From assembly GCA_051294375.1 (NCBI GenBank), contig JBJCIZ010000373.1:1-63243 (forward strand): a stretch of DNA of 63,243 nucleotides, in the 5' to 3' direction. Each line of letters opens with the position of its first letter. Position 1 is the stretch's first letter. The notes beneath the pieces were generated by a model. The model ran no database searches. It had not been told where the DNA came from and saw only the letters and a program-made list of their open reading frames with translations. The position numbers and the translations under genes were made by a program. The DNA is from Paraspadella gotoi. Lineage: Eukaryota; Animalia; Chaetognatha. Positions 35,947-49,042 of this stretch are shown in pieces.

Positions 35947-38180
35947 ATGTCTAACTCAAACCTGCAATATTTATTTAACCTCCGCGTATGCGACACAAAC
36001 TTTTTACAAAAAGTTTTTCAAGACACATTAAACTTGGAGGAGTTGTCTATGAAGCTTTGCATTAATACATCTGCCCTAGTTATTATTCACTGGGATAAAG
36101 AAGGGGTATTCACTTGCAGCCATGTTATTTTTAAAGTTCTCCAATCTCATCGAAAACGAAGCATAGCAGCTGAGATATTTTCTAATGTGGGTTTGGTTTT
36201 TCCTAAATTTGGTGACAGTGCTCAATTTGACTTGTTTTTTCAAGAAAACTGTTTTGCTATTCCTGTCGAGACGAACATCGTGATCGCCGAATCAATGCTT
36301 CATAATAAAACACAAAAGTATGCATGGAATAGAAATCGTATAAGTCACGTGAATTGCCTAACTATATTACCCAGCTTTGATTTAATACATTCAGGCTTAA
36401 ATAACGAACAGTTTTCCTCGATCGGTCACGAATGTAGTTGGACTTCTTGCACTGCACCATTACAAACTTTTAAGTGTATTAAAATCAGAGGTCTCAAACG
36501 GCTAACGACTGATTTCAATGATGAAAGCGATTTAAAAGGATCGGATGATAAATTTGCTAAACCTTCTGAATCAGGCACGGCACAGCTTGAGGAAATTGTT
36601 AAAAATGATAAAACAGCAGTTAAAAAAATGCGCGCTTACAACGCTTTAAAAAGCCTTATTGAACAAAAGGACATCAAAGATTTTAATCAGCTGAAAGATG
36701 TGCTCACTCCAAAAGAATTCCAGTTACTTGCCTGTAGCGTAGAAAGCTTTCGATCTTTAAGTGATGATATAATTTATCAAAGAAATTTAAAATACTACAA
36801 AGACAGATTTAATCTCTCATATTTTCAAAAACTTCAACAAAAATACGGATCAGCCCTCGAAGCTGCACTAAATGGTCACAGGGAACAAATTACGGAATCA
36901 TGTTTATATCTAAGGAGGTTTCTAGTTGCACAGGGCTTCAAAATAATCCCAACTTTACGCTTTATCAACCGTTTTTTTGTTAGTTTTCACTTTAATCGAA
37001 TTGGAAAGGGAGACCCAAAAGAAAAATGGGTTTCTTCTGATTCTTATCCCGATGGATCTCCAAATGGAAAGCGAAATTGCTTTTATATAACAGGCAAGTG
37101 TTATAATGCTTTTTAATAATTATTTCTGTGACACTACTAGCATAATATTATTATATAATAGTCTTATAAAATAGTCATTGTTATTTTGTCCTAAATGTCA
37201 CTTAATACTTTATTTGCAAGGAGAGGCTTCGGTTGGAAAAAGTTTTTTTTGCGATCTTCTTTGTGCCCCTCTCCATTCTGCAAGTTTGGCGATGACGTCA
37301 TCATTTGCATACTCAGGATTGGCTGCACAAGGGTGAGAAACAACATTAAGTTATAACATATTTAATTTAAATGCCAATGTACGTAGCATTATAATAATCT
37401 ATTACGAGCATAGAATTTAGTTTTAAGATATTATTTTTTAATAAATTTTTTATGTGGATAAGGCGTTACGTTGGGCTGAAGAGTGCTATCCACAACTTCC
37501 TTAACCCCCTCTAGCAGCCATGGAATGGGTCTTGGGCTTTCGACTAGGCTTGAGGGTTTTACACTCTCTTAGGCTTCTTATGGCTGTCCTCGTGCCATCT
37601 GGATCTAGTCTTGCAATTTAAAATTTGTTATCTTTAAATTAATTGACTGACTTGGTTTTGGTCGGCGAAACTAAAATTGTGTTTCTTTTTATAGGGTGGA
37701 ACTAATTAGGCAAGATGAACTTTCTTTAAAAAAAAACAAAATCGACTTGAACACTTTAAAACTATTGTTTGCTGGACAAAAATTGGCTATTGATAAAAAA
37801 TTTTCATCTCCCATTGATATCGAAGGAATTCCCGTTCTCATAAGTTCTAACCAATCAGTTTCGGATTTATCACCTCATAATGAAATTGATCGCATCGCTC
37901 TCCTATCAAGGTAGAAATTAATTTTGCTGAAATAATAACAAAGTGAAATAAAAAATTTTTTACTTTAGGTGTTACGAAGTGCGTTTTAAAGTCCCAATAA
38001 ATAAACCAAAAGCTGACCAATGACGTGGCATCGATTAGGACATCATATGGTATCCCAGATGGAATTGAAGTATTATATCAACCGGAATTCCATATTCACG
38101 CAGAGGCTCTTTTATTGTTATTTCATCTTGCTTTCCCCCCAACTGGCGACCCAGGGTGGTGTGAAGAGGAAATGGGTGTA
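35947..38180 (+). CDS. Spliced SF3 helicase, parvovirus NS1/Rep-like (3' end unresolved)
   Basis: Exons 35947-37093, 37221-37332, 37695-37910 and 37969 onward give KRNCFYITG|EASVGKS (Walker A), LIRQDE (B), LKLLFAGQKLAIDKK (B'), PVLISSN (C) and ALLSR (Arg finger). Confidence 0.85.
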
Positions 38181-40118
38181 TCAGATTTTTTTACTGAGCC
38201 ATTTTAAGTTTTATACTAAGGCGCACTTTTAGGAATTCGCCATGGACCAGTTACTTTCATTCAGTCAGCCGTTTTAATGTGCACTTTTTAAAATTTAGAT
38301 TGTAAACTACTTCGCTTTTAATTTATTTGTCTCTCTCTCTCACTCTCTCTTCCTCTGTCTCTCTCTCACTGTCTCTCTCTCTCACTCTCTCTCTCTCTCT
38401 CTGTCTCTCTATCGCTCTCTCTCTCTCTCTCACTCTCTCTGTCTCTCTATCTCTCTCTCTCTATCTCTCTCTCTCTCTGCCCCTTCAATACTAATCATAT
38501 TTTTCTCCTTTTAAACAGAAATCCCGACATGGATGATCAGAAATACACGAACAACTTAAACGACTTGCTTCGCAGTGAATGGAATCCTTGGGCGAAATCA
38601 CCAAGCCCAAACAACAGTAAAAAATATAACGAAATCGTCATCAAACCAAAAGATTCAATTAAACTATTAGAACTGGCAAAACCAAAAAAACCTCTGGGTC
38701 AAGCTGACACTAAAAGAAAAAATAAAGAGACAGAAAACGGCTTCTCGGACGACGAAAGTATTTTCCGAACGAAAAATTACTTGCCGGTCTAGAGGATAAA
38801 CCGCCTGTTTACGTCTACGACAAAGATAAATTCGCCGAAAACGTTCGTAAAATAACTAAAAAAACAGTCACACGTGGTAATTTTAATACCGACAACGACC
38901 CTGCGCCAAGCTCTTCTAAACAATCATGTTTAGACTTTTACTTTAATTCGAAAAAACTTCACAAAACGCCGATACACAAGACCTTGACAAATGTCTGACT
39001 CCTAAAAGTAATCTTTCGCAGCCGGACGCGTCTTTCGAATGGAAAAATGCACAAAGTCCAGTGTGTTTTGCTGTATCTACCCAAAAAGAATTTCGTGACA
39101 TTGCAATACAAGTTGATATTGAGGAACTGCCTAAAAAACGATCAAAAACTGTCATTGTCAAAACAAAAGAAATTTCGGTTTTCGACTATTAAATCGCAAA
39201 TATTAAATTCGCGTTTTCACGTGTTTAAAATAATTACTCAAATTATGTAGATATCTTTATATGCATTTTGTCTCCTTNNNNNNNNNNTTTACTTATTTTA
39301 TTATTTTTTATTTCTTTATTTCCTTTTCTCTATTACTTTCCCTTTATAGTTTTCATTTACCTTTGTCCATACTATGTATATAATTTCAAATATTTACATG
39401 TTTTAACAAAAATCTGTTTTTCTTTAACAGATCAAATGCAAACATTTCATGCCAAATTCGCACGGTGGTCATTAACTCATCGCAATACAGTGAAAACCGC
39501 TTCATTCCCGTTATCTCACTGTCATTGACCCTTAAAGTGAAACTTCAAAAGTAAGACCTATTGTGTAATATTTCAATATTGCATCAAATATGAGTTAACT
39601 GATATTGTCTTTAAATGTTTATCATAAATTCCTTCAGTTAATCTCTCTCTCTATCTCTCTCTCCTCCCTGTTTTTCTTTCTTTTTTCTCTTATTATAATA
39701 ATACTAAATATTTATTGCTTATTTTAACTCATACTCATTTTATTTTTATAGGTTGACAAATTTACTGTTGTCAATTTACATGGCAAAATATCTAGGCCGC
39801 TCAGTTATCCAAACCTCACCTTTTATCAGAAACGTTATACAGCGAAGAACGTAAGTTATCTCTGCTATGAGATTGTATTAGAAATTAAGTATAACTTTCT
39901 TTATACGTTTACCTTATACATTTGTCTATTTAGTATACCCACGATGCTTGAATAATCAGCAAAATATCATTGACGAGATATAGTCACCTATCTTCGATAC
40001 AACCGCTGACTGTCACTCATAAAGTAAGTTAATATTTAATATAATTTATAACTAATGCCTTTTTTATGTTCAATATTTAGCTGACTCAAACATAACATGA
40101 CATTCTATTTTTTTATAG

Positions 40119-43100
40119 GAAACGTTTTGCCTTTGTCCGCCGAAAAAACCAACGCCTTCTTTTGATAGTTCTCCAAAGAAATGGTTTCCCTAAAGACATC
40201 ATGAACGGCGTCCACGCGGCAATACAGACAGATGCCGACCCGGACGATCATTTGCTAATGACAGATTACTCCCCTGAATACTTGGAACTTATTCGAGACA
40301 ATTGGCATGAAATCCGAACGTTTTATAGTTATATACCAAGCGTTTTATGTTCTGTTTTAACTTATAGGCTAGCTAAAAATAGACCACATAAAAATGAAAT
40401 AAATTTTTTTCCAAATAAACTAAGCGAGCATAATGGCCTTATAGCATACATTGATGCAGTATTAAGAAATCTTTTCACTGGAGAGAGTTTTTTTTNNNNN
40501 NNNNNNNNNNNNNNNNTGATATGCAGTGAAATAGGAACAACTTATTGCTATCCCTCCCGTAATAACCATTTAACGCTAAAAAATTCGCATTTAATTCATT
40601 CACTTACGACATGGGAGAGTCTCATGAATACTATATGTGATTTTAGTATACAAAAATATGAAATGTTTAGTTGTGACTTAATTAAAGATAAATATATTCC
40701 ATCTAAAATGATTTTTCTTACATTTTATGGTCATATTACAAGGGCCCCTCAAGTACTTTTCGGATGTAATTTATTATTAAATCCCTCGTATCCACCTGGT
40801 ACTGTTAAAACTAAGACAAACGTAAAGGGAATGGGTAATATGTGCATTTTTCAATCGCTATCAGTTTTTCTTAATGCAAAAAAGGTATCAGGTGTGACAG
40901 TTTTTGAACCTATTTCGGTTGCACGCAAAAAGGTTTGTAACTTGACAGCTTTAAAAATTAAAAGATATTTTAAACTTTATATAAAAGAAATTTATCCTGG
41001 TTTACTTGACTGGTGCTTTCCAAAAACGTCTTTATGTCTGAGAGTAAGTCCGCATACATGGGAGATGATTGAGCAGGCGTTTAAAGTATCAATATTTATA
41101 TACATAAAGCAATTTCCTATTGTGGTAGAAAGAAAGGGAAGTTGTTTAAAAGTATTGAATAAAGAAAATGCTAACAGTTATTATCTTATAAGGAAATCCT
41201 CAACTGATAACCACGTCGTTAATCTTCTCCAAATGGATGGTCCATCAACGGATACTAAACATGTTGTTCCAATCAGGGACTTGACGTTACTTGGCAGGAA
41301 GCATTTCTGTCCCATCTGCAATCAGAGGTACAGTTCAGCTAATAAACTGACAAAACATAAATGCTACCAACGAGATTCAGAGCGTAATTTTATTAGTGAG
41401 TGTATAGTGCCCATGCGACAATCTGCAGATTCCTTAATTAGTAAATTATACCCTGGCTTTGTCCGTCCGCTTCAGTTGCTAGGAAAGCCGCCTTTTTTAA
41501 TCTTGTTTATAAAATATATTGCTGGTACTGAGTTGCAGTATAGTTTAAATTTTTCTTGTGAAGCACAAGGCGAGTTTTTTGAAACTAAAAACTTTGATGA
41601 TCTTCACGTAGCGACAATATATTATAGTAATTTATTACAAAAATTTTGTTTAATGTTTAAAGAAAGAAAAAGGCAAAATATGCAAGCACTACTTAGTGAA
41701 ATTGAAACCGATGAAAAAGTAGCAACAAATTGTGGGCACTTTGATTTTAATAGTGCCAATGGTAAGCCATTAGCTTTAATTGCAAATCTCCGACTTGAAG
41801 TTGCAGAAATAATTTCAAAAACTATTTGCTATGTTATTGATCAGGATAGCAAATCTAACCTCAGCTCAATGTTTTTAAATTCAATGCTCTATCTAATGCA
41901 GCTAAGAGATAAACGAAATGTTAATTATCGATTTTATAACGGAAAAATTCACAAAGTTTGGACTATAGAAGGATCCGTCTGTTACATTGACTTAAACGTC
42001 ACAGATGTATCTTTTTCATATGAGCAGCTCAAGTCGGAAACTCCACATGGCCCATCCGCGGAAAATAAAAGAATTTACAATCAATACAAAATACTACTGG
42101 AATCATTTGCGCATGTCACAGGAAAAAGTCTGTTTGGATATAGAGGTGAGAGTGTGACTGAAGTTGCGACACAATATTTTACGGGTTTCCTCCAAAGGAG
42201 TGTGCTAGTAAGTTTAATAAGTCCTCCGAGACAACTCAGTAGATTAATATTCAATGAGAGCAGGTATGGTTTTTTAATTTCAAGTGATGAAAATAAAATT
42301 ATACATAAACAATCTAAATTAAAGTCGATTGTTTCAATCGATGCAAAGAAATTTTATCTTCATTTGTTAAAAAACTTTAAAATTTATATGGGCACTTGTT
42401 TAACTTACGAATTATTTAATGGTAAGTATGAACTTGTCAATCGTCGTTTATCTAAAAATTCGTTTTCAAATATTCTTCTTTGTACATTATCATATTACCT
42501 AAAACTTGATATAACTTACCAAGGCGAGTCATTCGAGAGTAGCATGCCTAACAAAAGGGTGCATATCGATGGATATGTTTCAAACATTTCGTCAGGTCTG
42601 CCTGATATAATTTTACAAGTTCAAGGATGCTATTGGCACGCTTGTTCGCGCCTACATCATTACTACCAAGAACTATCAACCCATGTACAAGACAGTTATA
42701 AAGCATCAACAAACCTTCAGGTCAATGACGTGCTGCAGCCACGACTTTGGGTTGCTGGATGCCGATTTTCGGAAATATCAACAGTTAAACATCCAAGTCG
42801 AAAGATTACTCTTGAAAACGTTCAAAAAGAAACCCAAAGAATTCATGATTATATTTTAAATGTAATAGAAAACGAGAACACACAATATGTGCCAATATGG
42901 GAATGTGAAATCAGAAAATTGTGGAATGAAACCCTTGAAAATGTTGCAGATTTTTATGGCCTTCCAAAAAAAGATGAAGCACGAGACAATATGCAAATTA
43001 AACTTGGAGAAGCATTTAAAAAAACTGCCATCGTACAATTTCCGTCGCTTAATAAAAAGGTCACAGTGGATAATCTGTCAGCATGCATAAAAGATGGAAC

Positions 43101-44163
43101 ACTTAGGGGCTTTGTTCAACTCTCAGCAGAACTCGGCGAAGAAAGTAAAAAGTTGCTAGGTTCTTTTAAACCATTTTGTTCAATCAAAACTGGACGAGTT
43201 GAAAATGGATTTAAACTTGAGCAACAGGTCGTAACGACAGACTTTCTCGACTTTTTCAATAAACGTAAAGATGATGGAACGTTTCCCGACTTTAAAGTAT
43301 GGGACGTTAATAAAATCTTTTGTTTTCAAACAACTACTGGAAAACCATTCGAAAAAGGAACAGATTTATTGTTAAATCTGATGGAACAGAAAATTCCTAA
43401 AGGAAGCTCTCTATTAACGCTAACTAAAAAAGTCTCAAACAGCCTGGTCGGAAAGTTTAGTTACAATAAAAGTAAATACTGTAATAGTATTTTAGTTGAC
43501 AAAAAAGATTTTGTTAATTTAAATTCATTAAAAAGTTTTAAAAATGCAAATCTTCTCTTTGGTGACACGTATGTCGCCTTTTTTAACAATAATTCAAAGA
43601 TTCATAATATGTGTCACCTGCAATATGCAGTAGTTATGCAAGGTAAAGTTGAGTTATTAAACTTTTATTTACAACTCCGAAAATATTTATATATGGAACT
43701 TATTTTTTCAAACACTGATGGTATTTTAATCGCCTCTCACTTTTCTTTACCGAAAAATGAGTTTTTTAAGAAACATCAAGTATTAGTAATTGACTTATGG
43801 TTAAAGACAGACCAATTGACAGACAACGACTACGAAAATTACGCGACTATGAAAACAAGTGTTTTCGAACACCCACATGTTTGTAAGAACCACTTACAGG
43901 AATACATTCTCTGTTTGCAGTACGGTCAACTGTTTTATCCTCAAGAATGTTGCGTCAATTTCGTCAATGACACGGGTCGATTAGTATTTAAATTTGAGAA
44001 AATGGCCGATTTAGCAATTGTTGGTAAGTCCAATAGGCTGTTTTTATTCAATTCATACACGAAAGAAAGTCTAACTAAGTGCCCCGGAAAGTTAGATAAC
44101 CGTCTTGCTCAATTACCAAATCTAACACTAGATGAAATAAAAAGTACCTTTGGAGACTATTAA
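40119..44163 (+). CDS. polB: Protein-primed family B DNA polymerase, divergent, with Vsr-like insertion; 5' exons unresolved
   Basis: Motif A SIDAKKFY, motif B KKVSNSLVGKF, motif C SNTDG; inserted IDGY...QGCYWH...IWECE; zinc finger CPICNQRY..LTKHKC. The frame opens at acceptor TTTTATAG|40119. Confidence 0.88.
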
Positions 44164-44465
44164 TTTATTTAAATTTTCACAATACAAATAATTTTTTAAC
44201 AATTTGATTCATCTGCGATGATACAATTTAAATTTACAATAAATAACATATTTATATATTTCATATATTTTCATATATTTTGTTGTCGCGCATTATCAAT
44301 TATGATATCCATGTCCCAGCAACCGAATCATTTATTAATAAACAAGATTAGCATTTAGTGTCCCAAATTTTGTATCCTCTCGCCGCCTAGGGAAAATTTC
44401 AGTTCCAAAAGCTAATCTATCTTGTTTTTGTGCCCTAAAAAATTGTCACATGTGATTAAATTACA

Positions 44466-44666
44466 TTAATTATCCAACATGCTTGACAGAGCGCACTTTT
44501 CTTTTGTCTTTGTTGATCTGCGCTTTTTAGATTTTTTTTTAATTCCTTTGCGTCGCCTTCTTCCACGTTTTTTCGGTTTAGAATTCTTATTAAGCAACTC
44601 AAAAAATTGTTTTTTCCAGTTTTTTTTTTTATTGCTTTTACGTTTTGACTTTTTAGTTTTAGCCAT
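44466..44666 (-). CDS. Small Lys/Arg-rich (protamine-like) protein
   Basis: MAKTKKSKRKSNKKK...KKRGRRRRKGIKKKSKKRR, directly downstream of MCP. Confidence 0.55.
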   Translation of the reverse strand: MAKTKKSKRKSNKKKNWKKQFFELLNKNSKPKKRGRRRRKGIKKKSKKRRSTKTKEKCALSSMLDN

Positions 44667-44819
44667 TTTTATATTTCGTTTATTCAATGTTTATCTGTTT
44701 TTAATGAATAAACAATGGAAATAAAATTAAATTATGAATTAAACATTATAGTTAGCATTAAAATTTAGTTAGTATGGTAACAACAAAAGTAATATATTTA
44801 ACTTTAAAAGTAGCATAAT

Positions 44820-46511
44820 TTATTCTTCATCGTCGACTATCATGCCATTTGCATCAATTTTGATCTCTTGGTCATAATATGAAATGATATTTAATATAAT
44901 ATTTTCAGGTAATGCCTCATCAAATTTGATTTCTAGGTCGACAGAGGCCCCAAAGAGACTTTGAAGCGAGGGAGTTAACTCTGTTTCAGTCGTTGCGAAC
45001 TCATCATTTAAAGGTCCATTTAAAGAAAAACAAACAAGAAAAAAATCGTTCAAATATCTTTTTTCACTAATAGATCTTGCTTTTGTACCATAACAACGGA
45101 TAAAGTTTTGGTATAATATTTTAGCATCCATTGTATGATCTTTTAAGCTTAACGAGCCGTACATATCCGAAGATGCGGTTTTGCCCCCATTGACATATAA
45201 CTTAGCGGAACGTAACTTATAATGGGCATAACTGTAAAGCGTTTGCTTTGTGTCACCTAGTTCTGCAGATTCTTTTGTGAAAAAAATTGCGATAAAGCGA
45301 GACAGTTTACCCCAAGAATAAATTGAGTTTTGTCTGTAAAATTTCGAAAATTTAGGAATGGAGAACGAAACCAATTTAAAATTTTTAATGCATCTCCAAA
45401 TTAAATTTTGTTCTATTTTTGATAAATATACTTCCCTCAGTTGTGAGTTCATACTCACTTGGTGAAGAATTAAATACATTTTTACTATAACTATTTTATA
45501 TTTTAAAGCTCCATTTTTGTCGTCGTAATGTAAAATTTTGTTGGCGTCGTCCATTTCAAAGTCGATCGTGAAAGTGTCTCGAACAGGTAATAAGCAATTT
45601 GTAGTAAATAGTTTGTGTAGCAATCGCAAGGGAAAAAGATAGCTCAATGGCCGCGTTGAAGATTTCTTAATTACTAAACTTCGCAGCCAAGCCCCTTCAT
45701 TGATTTGGGCCTTTTTTTCGACTAATTCTTCTATTTCTTCTGTTGTCCTGTCTGGTAACTCTCCCAATTCCGCCGAAGTATATATTTGTCGCCCTGTTCC
45801 ACCCTTTTTCGTCGAGCAATGACATTTTAAACACGTACCTAGTTTAATATTAAAAAACCATAATATTTTCATTTTTGTTCAACTATAAAGTACTAATATG
45901 CATATAANNNNNNNNNNATTCATTAACACGGTACTACTTCGATACATACACTGGATAATTGGATCGGCGACGTCAACCTTACTGGATTTCCCAACTGTGT
46001 CAGGTTGATAGCCTAAACCCGACAGTATTTCCTCTTTCTCTTCTAGTGAGTATTCAGTCATTAAACGGATAAACAATTCATGTTTATTATAACCAAAAAA
46101 TCTAGATTTGTCAGTTCCCTGAAGAGACACAGAGACACGTTTCCATAACATGAGAGGTAAAAACTGTACTGACGAGACAGTATCGTTACCATCCAGAGGA
46201 GTTGAATCTCCCTTTAAAATCTTTATTTTCAATGCTACCTTCGAATAGCGAAGTAAGTACTATAACAATAAAATAAAGCTTTATCATCACTTTTCATACT
46301 TTTTATCAATACTTTTTATTGATAAAGTTACCTCATTACTAAGATTTGCTGGAATCAAAAATCTCACAGTCTGCGTTTCTGGACTGATGGGTGTGCTTGG
46401 GTGCACAATAATCTCAGATGATCTTTCAAACGTTGCCTCAGTCGGTCCTATGCCATTAAGTTTGCTATCCTCAAAAACAATAAGTTTAGATTTCGATGAG
46501 ACAGTCTCCAT
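44820..46511 (-). CDS. Major capsid protein (double jelly-roll type), three exons, ~502 aa
   Basis: Exons 46511-46332, 46259-45950 and 45838-44820 (intron phases 0 and 1). Polinton MCP-like 'HP..PI....VRFLIP', 'LKIKILKGD..L...V..V..LWKRVSVSL', 'LLHKLF..NCLL', 'VDLEIKFDEALPENI...Y...I.ID'. Confidence 0.85.
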
Positions 46512-46564
46512 GTTTAAAAATAATCAATATAGTAATGTGTTACTGCAAATACAAATATATTTAT

Positions 46565-47282
46565 TTAAACTAAATTTAATTTAATAAGTATCAAATAAAA
46601 AAAAAACCTCCAGCTCATTATATTTTCGCGGCTTTAAAAAAAACTCAACAACTAAAGTAAAACTTTTAATTATTTAAAAGTAATTATTATTAAAAAAACC
46701 AAAACTTGATAAACCAGTTTACTATCATAGCATGGGTTATTAGCATCGTATAAAACATTTAATATTACTTAAGGTGAGCTATAATAAACAGATCAGTTTA
46801 ATAATATAACATATAAAGAGTACTAAAAAAGCATAAAAAAAAATTTGCACAATTCAAAGTGATAATACTAACAATTGATGTATACAAACAGGTTAAATAC
46901 AGATATGAAACAAATTAAACTAAATTTAATTTTAATAAGTATCAAATAAAAAAAAAACCTCCAAGCTCATTATATTTTCGCGGCTTTAAAAAAAACTCAA
47001 CAAGCTAAAGTAAAACTTTTAATTATTTACAAAAGTAATTATTATTAAAAAACCAAAACTTGATAAACCAGTTTACTATCATAGCATGGGTTATTAGCAT
47101 CGTATAAAACATTTAATAATACTTAAGGTGAGCTATAATAAACAGATCAGTTTAATAATATAACATATAAGAGTACTAAAAAAGCATAAAAAAAATTTGC
47201 ACAATTTAAAAGTGATAATACTAACAATTGATGTATATAAACAGGTTAAATACAGATATCAAACAAATTAAACTAAATTTTA
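46565..47282. repeat. ~350-bp tandem duplication upstream of MCP
   Basis: TTAAACTAAATTTAATTT..AATAAGTATCAAAT occurs at ~46565 and ~46915. Confidence 0.9.
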
Positions 47283-47421
47283 TATTAAAACTAAAAATAA
47301 TCATCTGCTTATTTACATGAAATGAAACATTTAATAACACACAACGCATGGTGCAATTCATTTTTTTGGTGCAAAAAAAACACACCTTTGATTAGCCACA
47401 CATTTTAAATGTTTGTTGGCG

Positions 47422-49042
47422 TCAATGATGTCTTCCATGTGCTGAAAAAGGCCTTCCGCCTTGTTGATTGCGTCTTTGGCGGTTTTGCACGATTTTACTC
47501 AGAAGGCCGAATCGCACCATTTTGAAGACAGTTGGCCAAACGACAGCCAACACCTTTTTACTTTCGAAGTAATACCTACACACCGTCTGGTGGAGGCCTC
47601 GACAGGGAAACAGTTTTTTGGTTCTAATTCCCTTAAGTTCTACGAGTTTGTCATTTAGCTCAATTGCTCTTTTCTGGAGCAATTGAGCCTCTGTATTCAG
47701 ATCACCTTCACTATTGTCGATGTCAATCTCTGGCATTTCAGGACTTTCTTTTGTCCCATCAAGGTCGATTACAAGCGGATTTGGATCGTCTGACATGCTC
47801 AGCAATAAGTTGGCGTTGGCCAAGTGACTGTGGTCATCCATGTTTTTGTCCGTTTTAACCGATTCAACTTCTCCATCACAACTCCTGTCATCATCGCCTC
47901 CAACAGCTCCACATCCTTCACCCTCACCTCTCCCTTCACCCATTTTTCCATCCCCTTCTTAATCGTCTCCTCTTCCTTCCTCTCTCCCTTCACGATCATC
48001 CCCACTTCCTCCGTCAAAACTACCACCCCCTATCAAATTACCTCCTTCGCCAGCCTCACATTTTTTAGCTGTTTCACCTTCATCACTGTCCTGAGATTTG
48101 CTGTGTTCATCTCCTCCATAATTTTCGCCCAGGCAGTTTCCTTGAGTTGGGTAGGGTGGCGGCTCACGATTTTGAACCAATTGGCTCACCCTCCCATCAA
48201 CTTCGTCTAGTCCGCCATACTGTTGTCCCGTCTTGATATCTCCTCCATAATTTTCGCCAGGCAGTTTCCTTGAGTTGGGTAGGGTGGCGGCTCACGATTT
48301 TGAACCAATTGGCTCACCCTCCCATATACTTCGTCTACATATGTCTCGATAGAGGAATAGATGTCTTAACTCCGATGGCGTTTTCGCCCAGCCAATATGT
48401 GTTATTGTTTTCTTGCTTCGCTGGGTAAGGCGATGGCTGAGAAGTTGATAAGGCTAACATGGTGGCATTGCTTTCTTGCGTCGTTGGGTAAGGCGATGGC
48501 TGAGAAGTTGATAAGGCTAACATGGTGGCGTTGCTTTCTTGCGTCGTTGGGTAAGGCGATGGATGAGAAGTTGATAAGGCTAACATGGTGGCGTTGCTTT
48601 CTTGCATCGTTGGGTAAGGCGATGGTTGCGACGTTGGAACGGCAAAGAACGAGTTGTTTTCTTGCGTCCTTGGGTAGGGCTGCGTTGTTGGGTACAATGG
48701 TTGCGACGTTGGGACCGCAAAGAACGAATTGTTTCCTTGCGTCGTTGGGTAGGGCTGCGACATTGGATACGATGGTTGCGACGTTGGGACCGCAAAGAAT
48801 GTGTTGTTTCCTTGCGTCGTTGGGTAGGGCTGCGACGTTGGTACCGCAAAAATTGTGCTGATGGATGGCGGCTGATATTGAACTCGACCACCATCGTCAT
48901 GACACGGCGTCGCACAGTTAGATTCCATAGATGTTGGGGGCAATAGGGCCCCCAACACCTTATCTAGTTTTGTCTCGATGCTTCGTAAGCATTTAAAAAG
49001 CGGTGATTGGTTGTCCGTTGGTTGGTTGGCTGGCTGATACAT
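47422..49042 (-). CDS. Repeat-rich unknown protein region (21-aa P/T/S/Q repeats, acidic Gly tract, short coiled coil, Cys/His tail), probably one indel-broken gene
   Basis: ORF 48335-49042 with PYPTTQESNATMLALSTSQPS repeats, ORFs 47959-48189 and 47422-47943, and a ~130-bp duplication at 48107-48335. Confidence 0.5.

Noticed and set aside
37995-38025. Programmed frameshifts in the helicase, ATPase and other Polinton genes
   Set aside because: Several breaks fall in homopolymer runs, and tRNA genes and Gypsy copies show the same single-base indels. Assembly error or decay is simpler.
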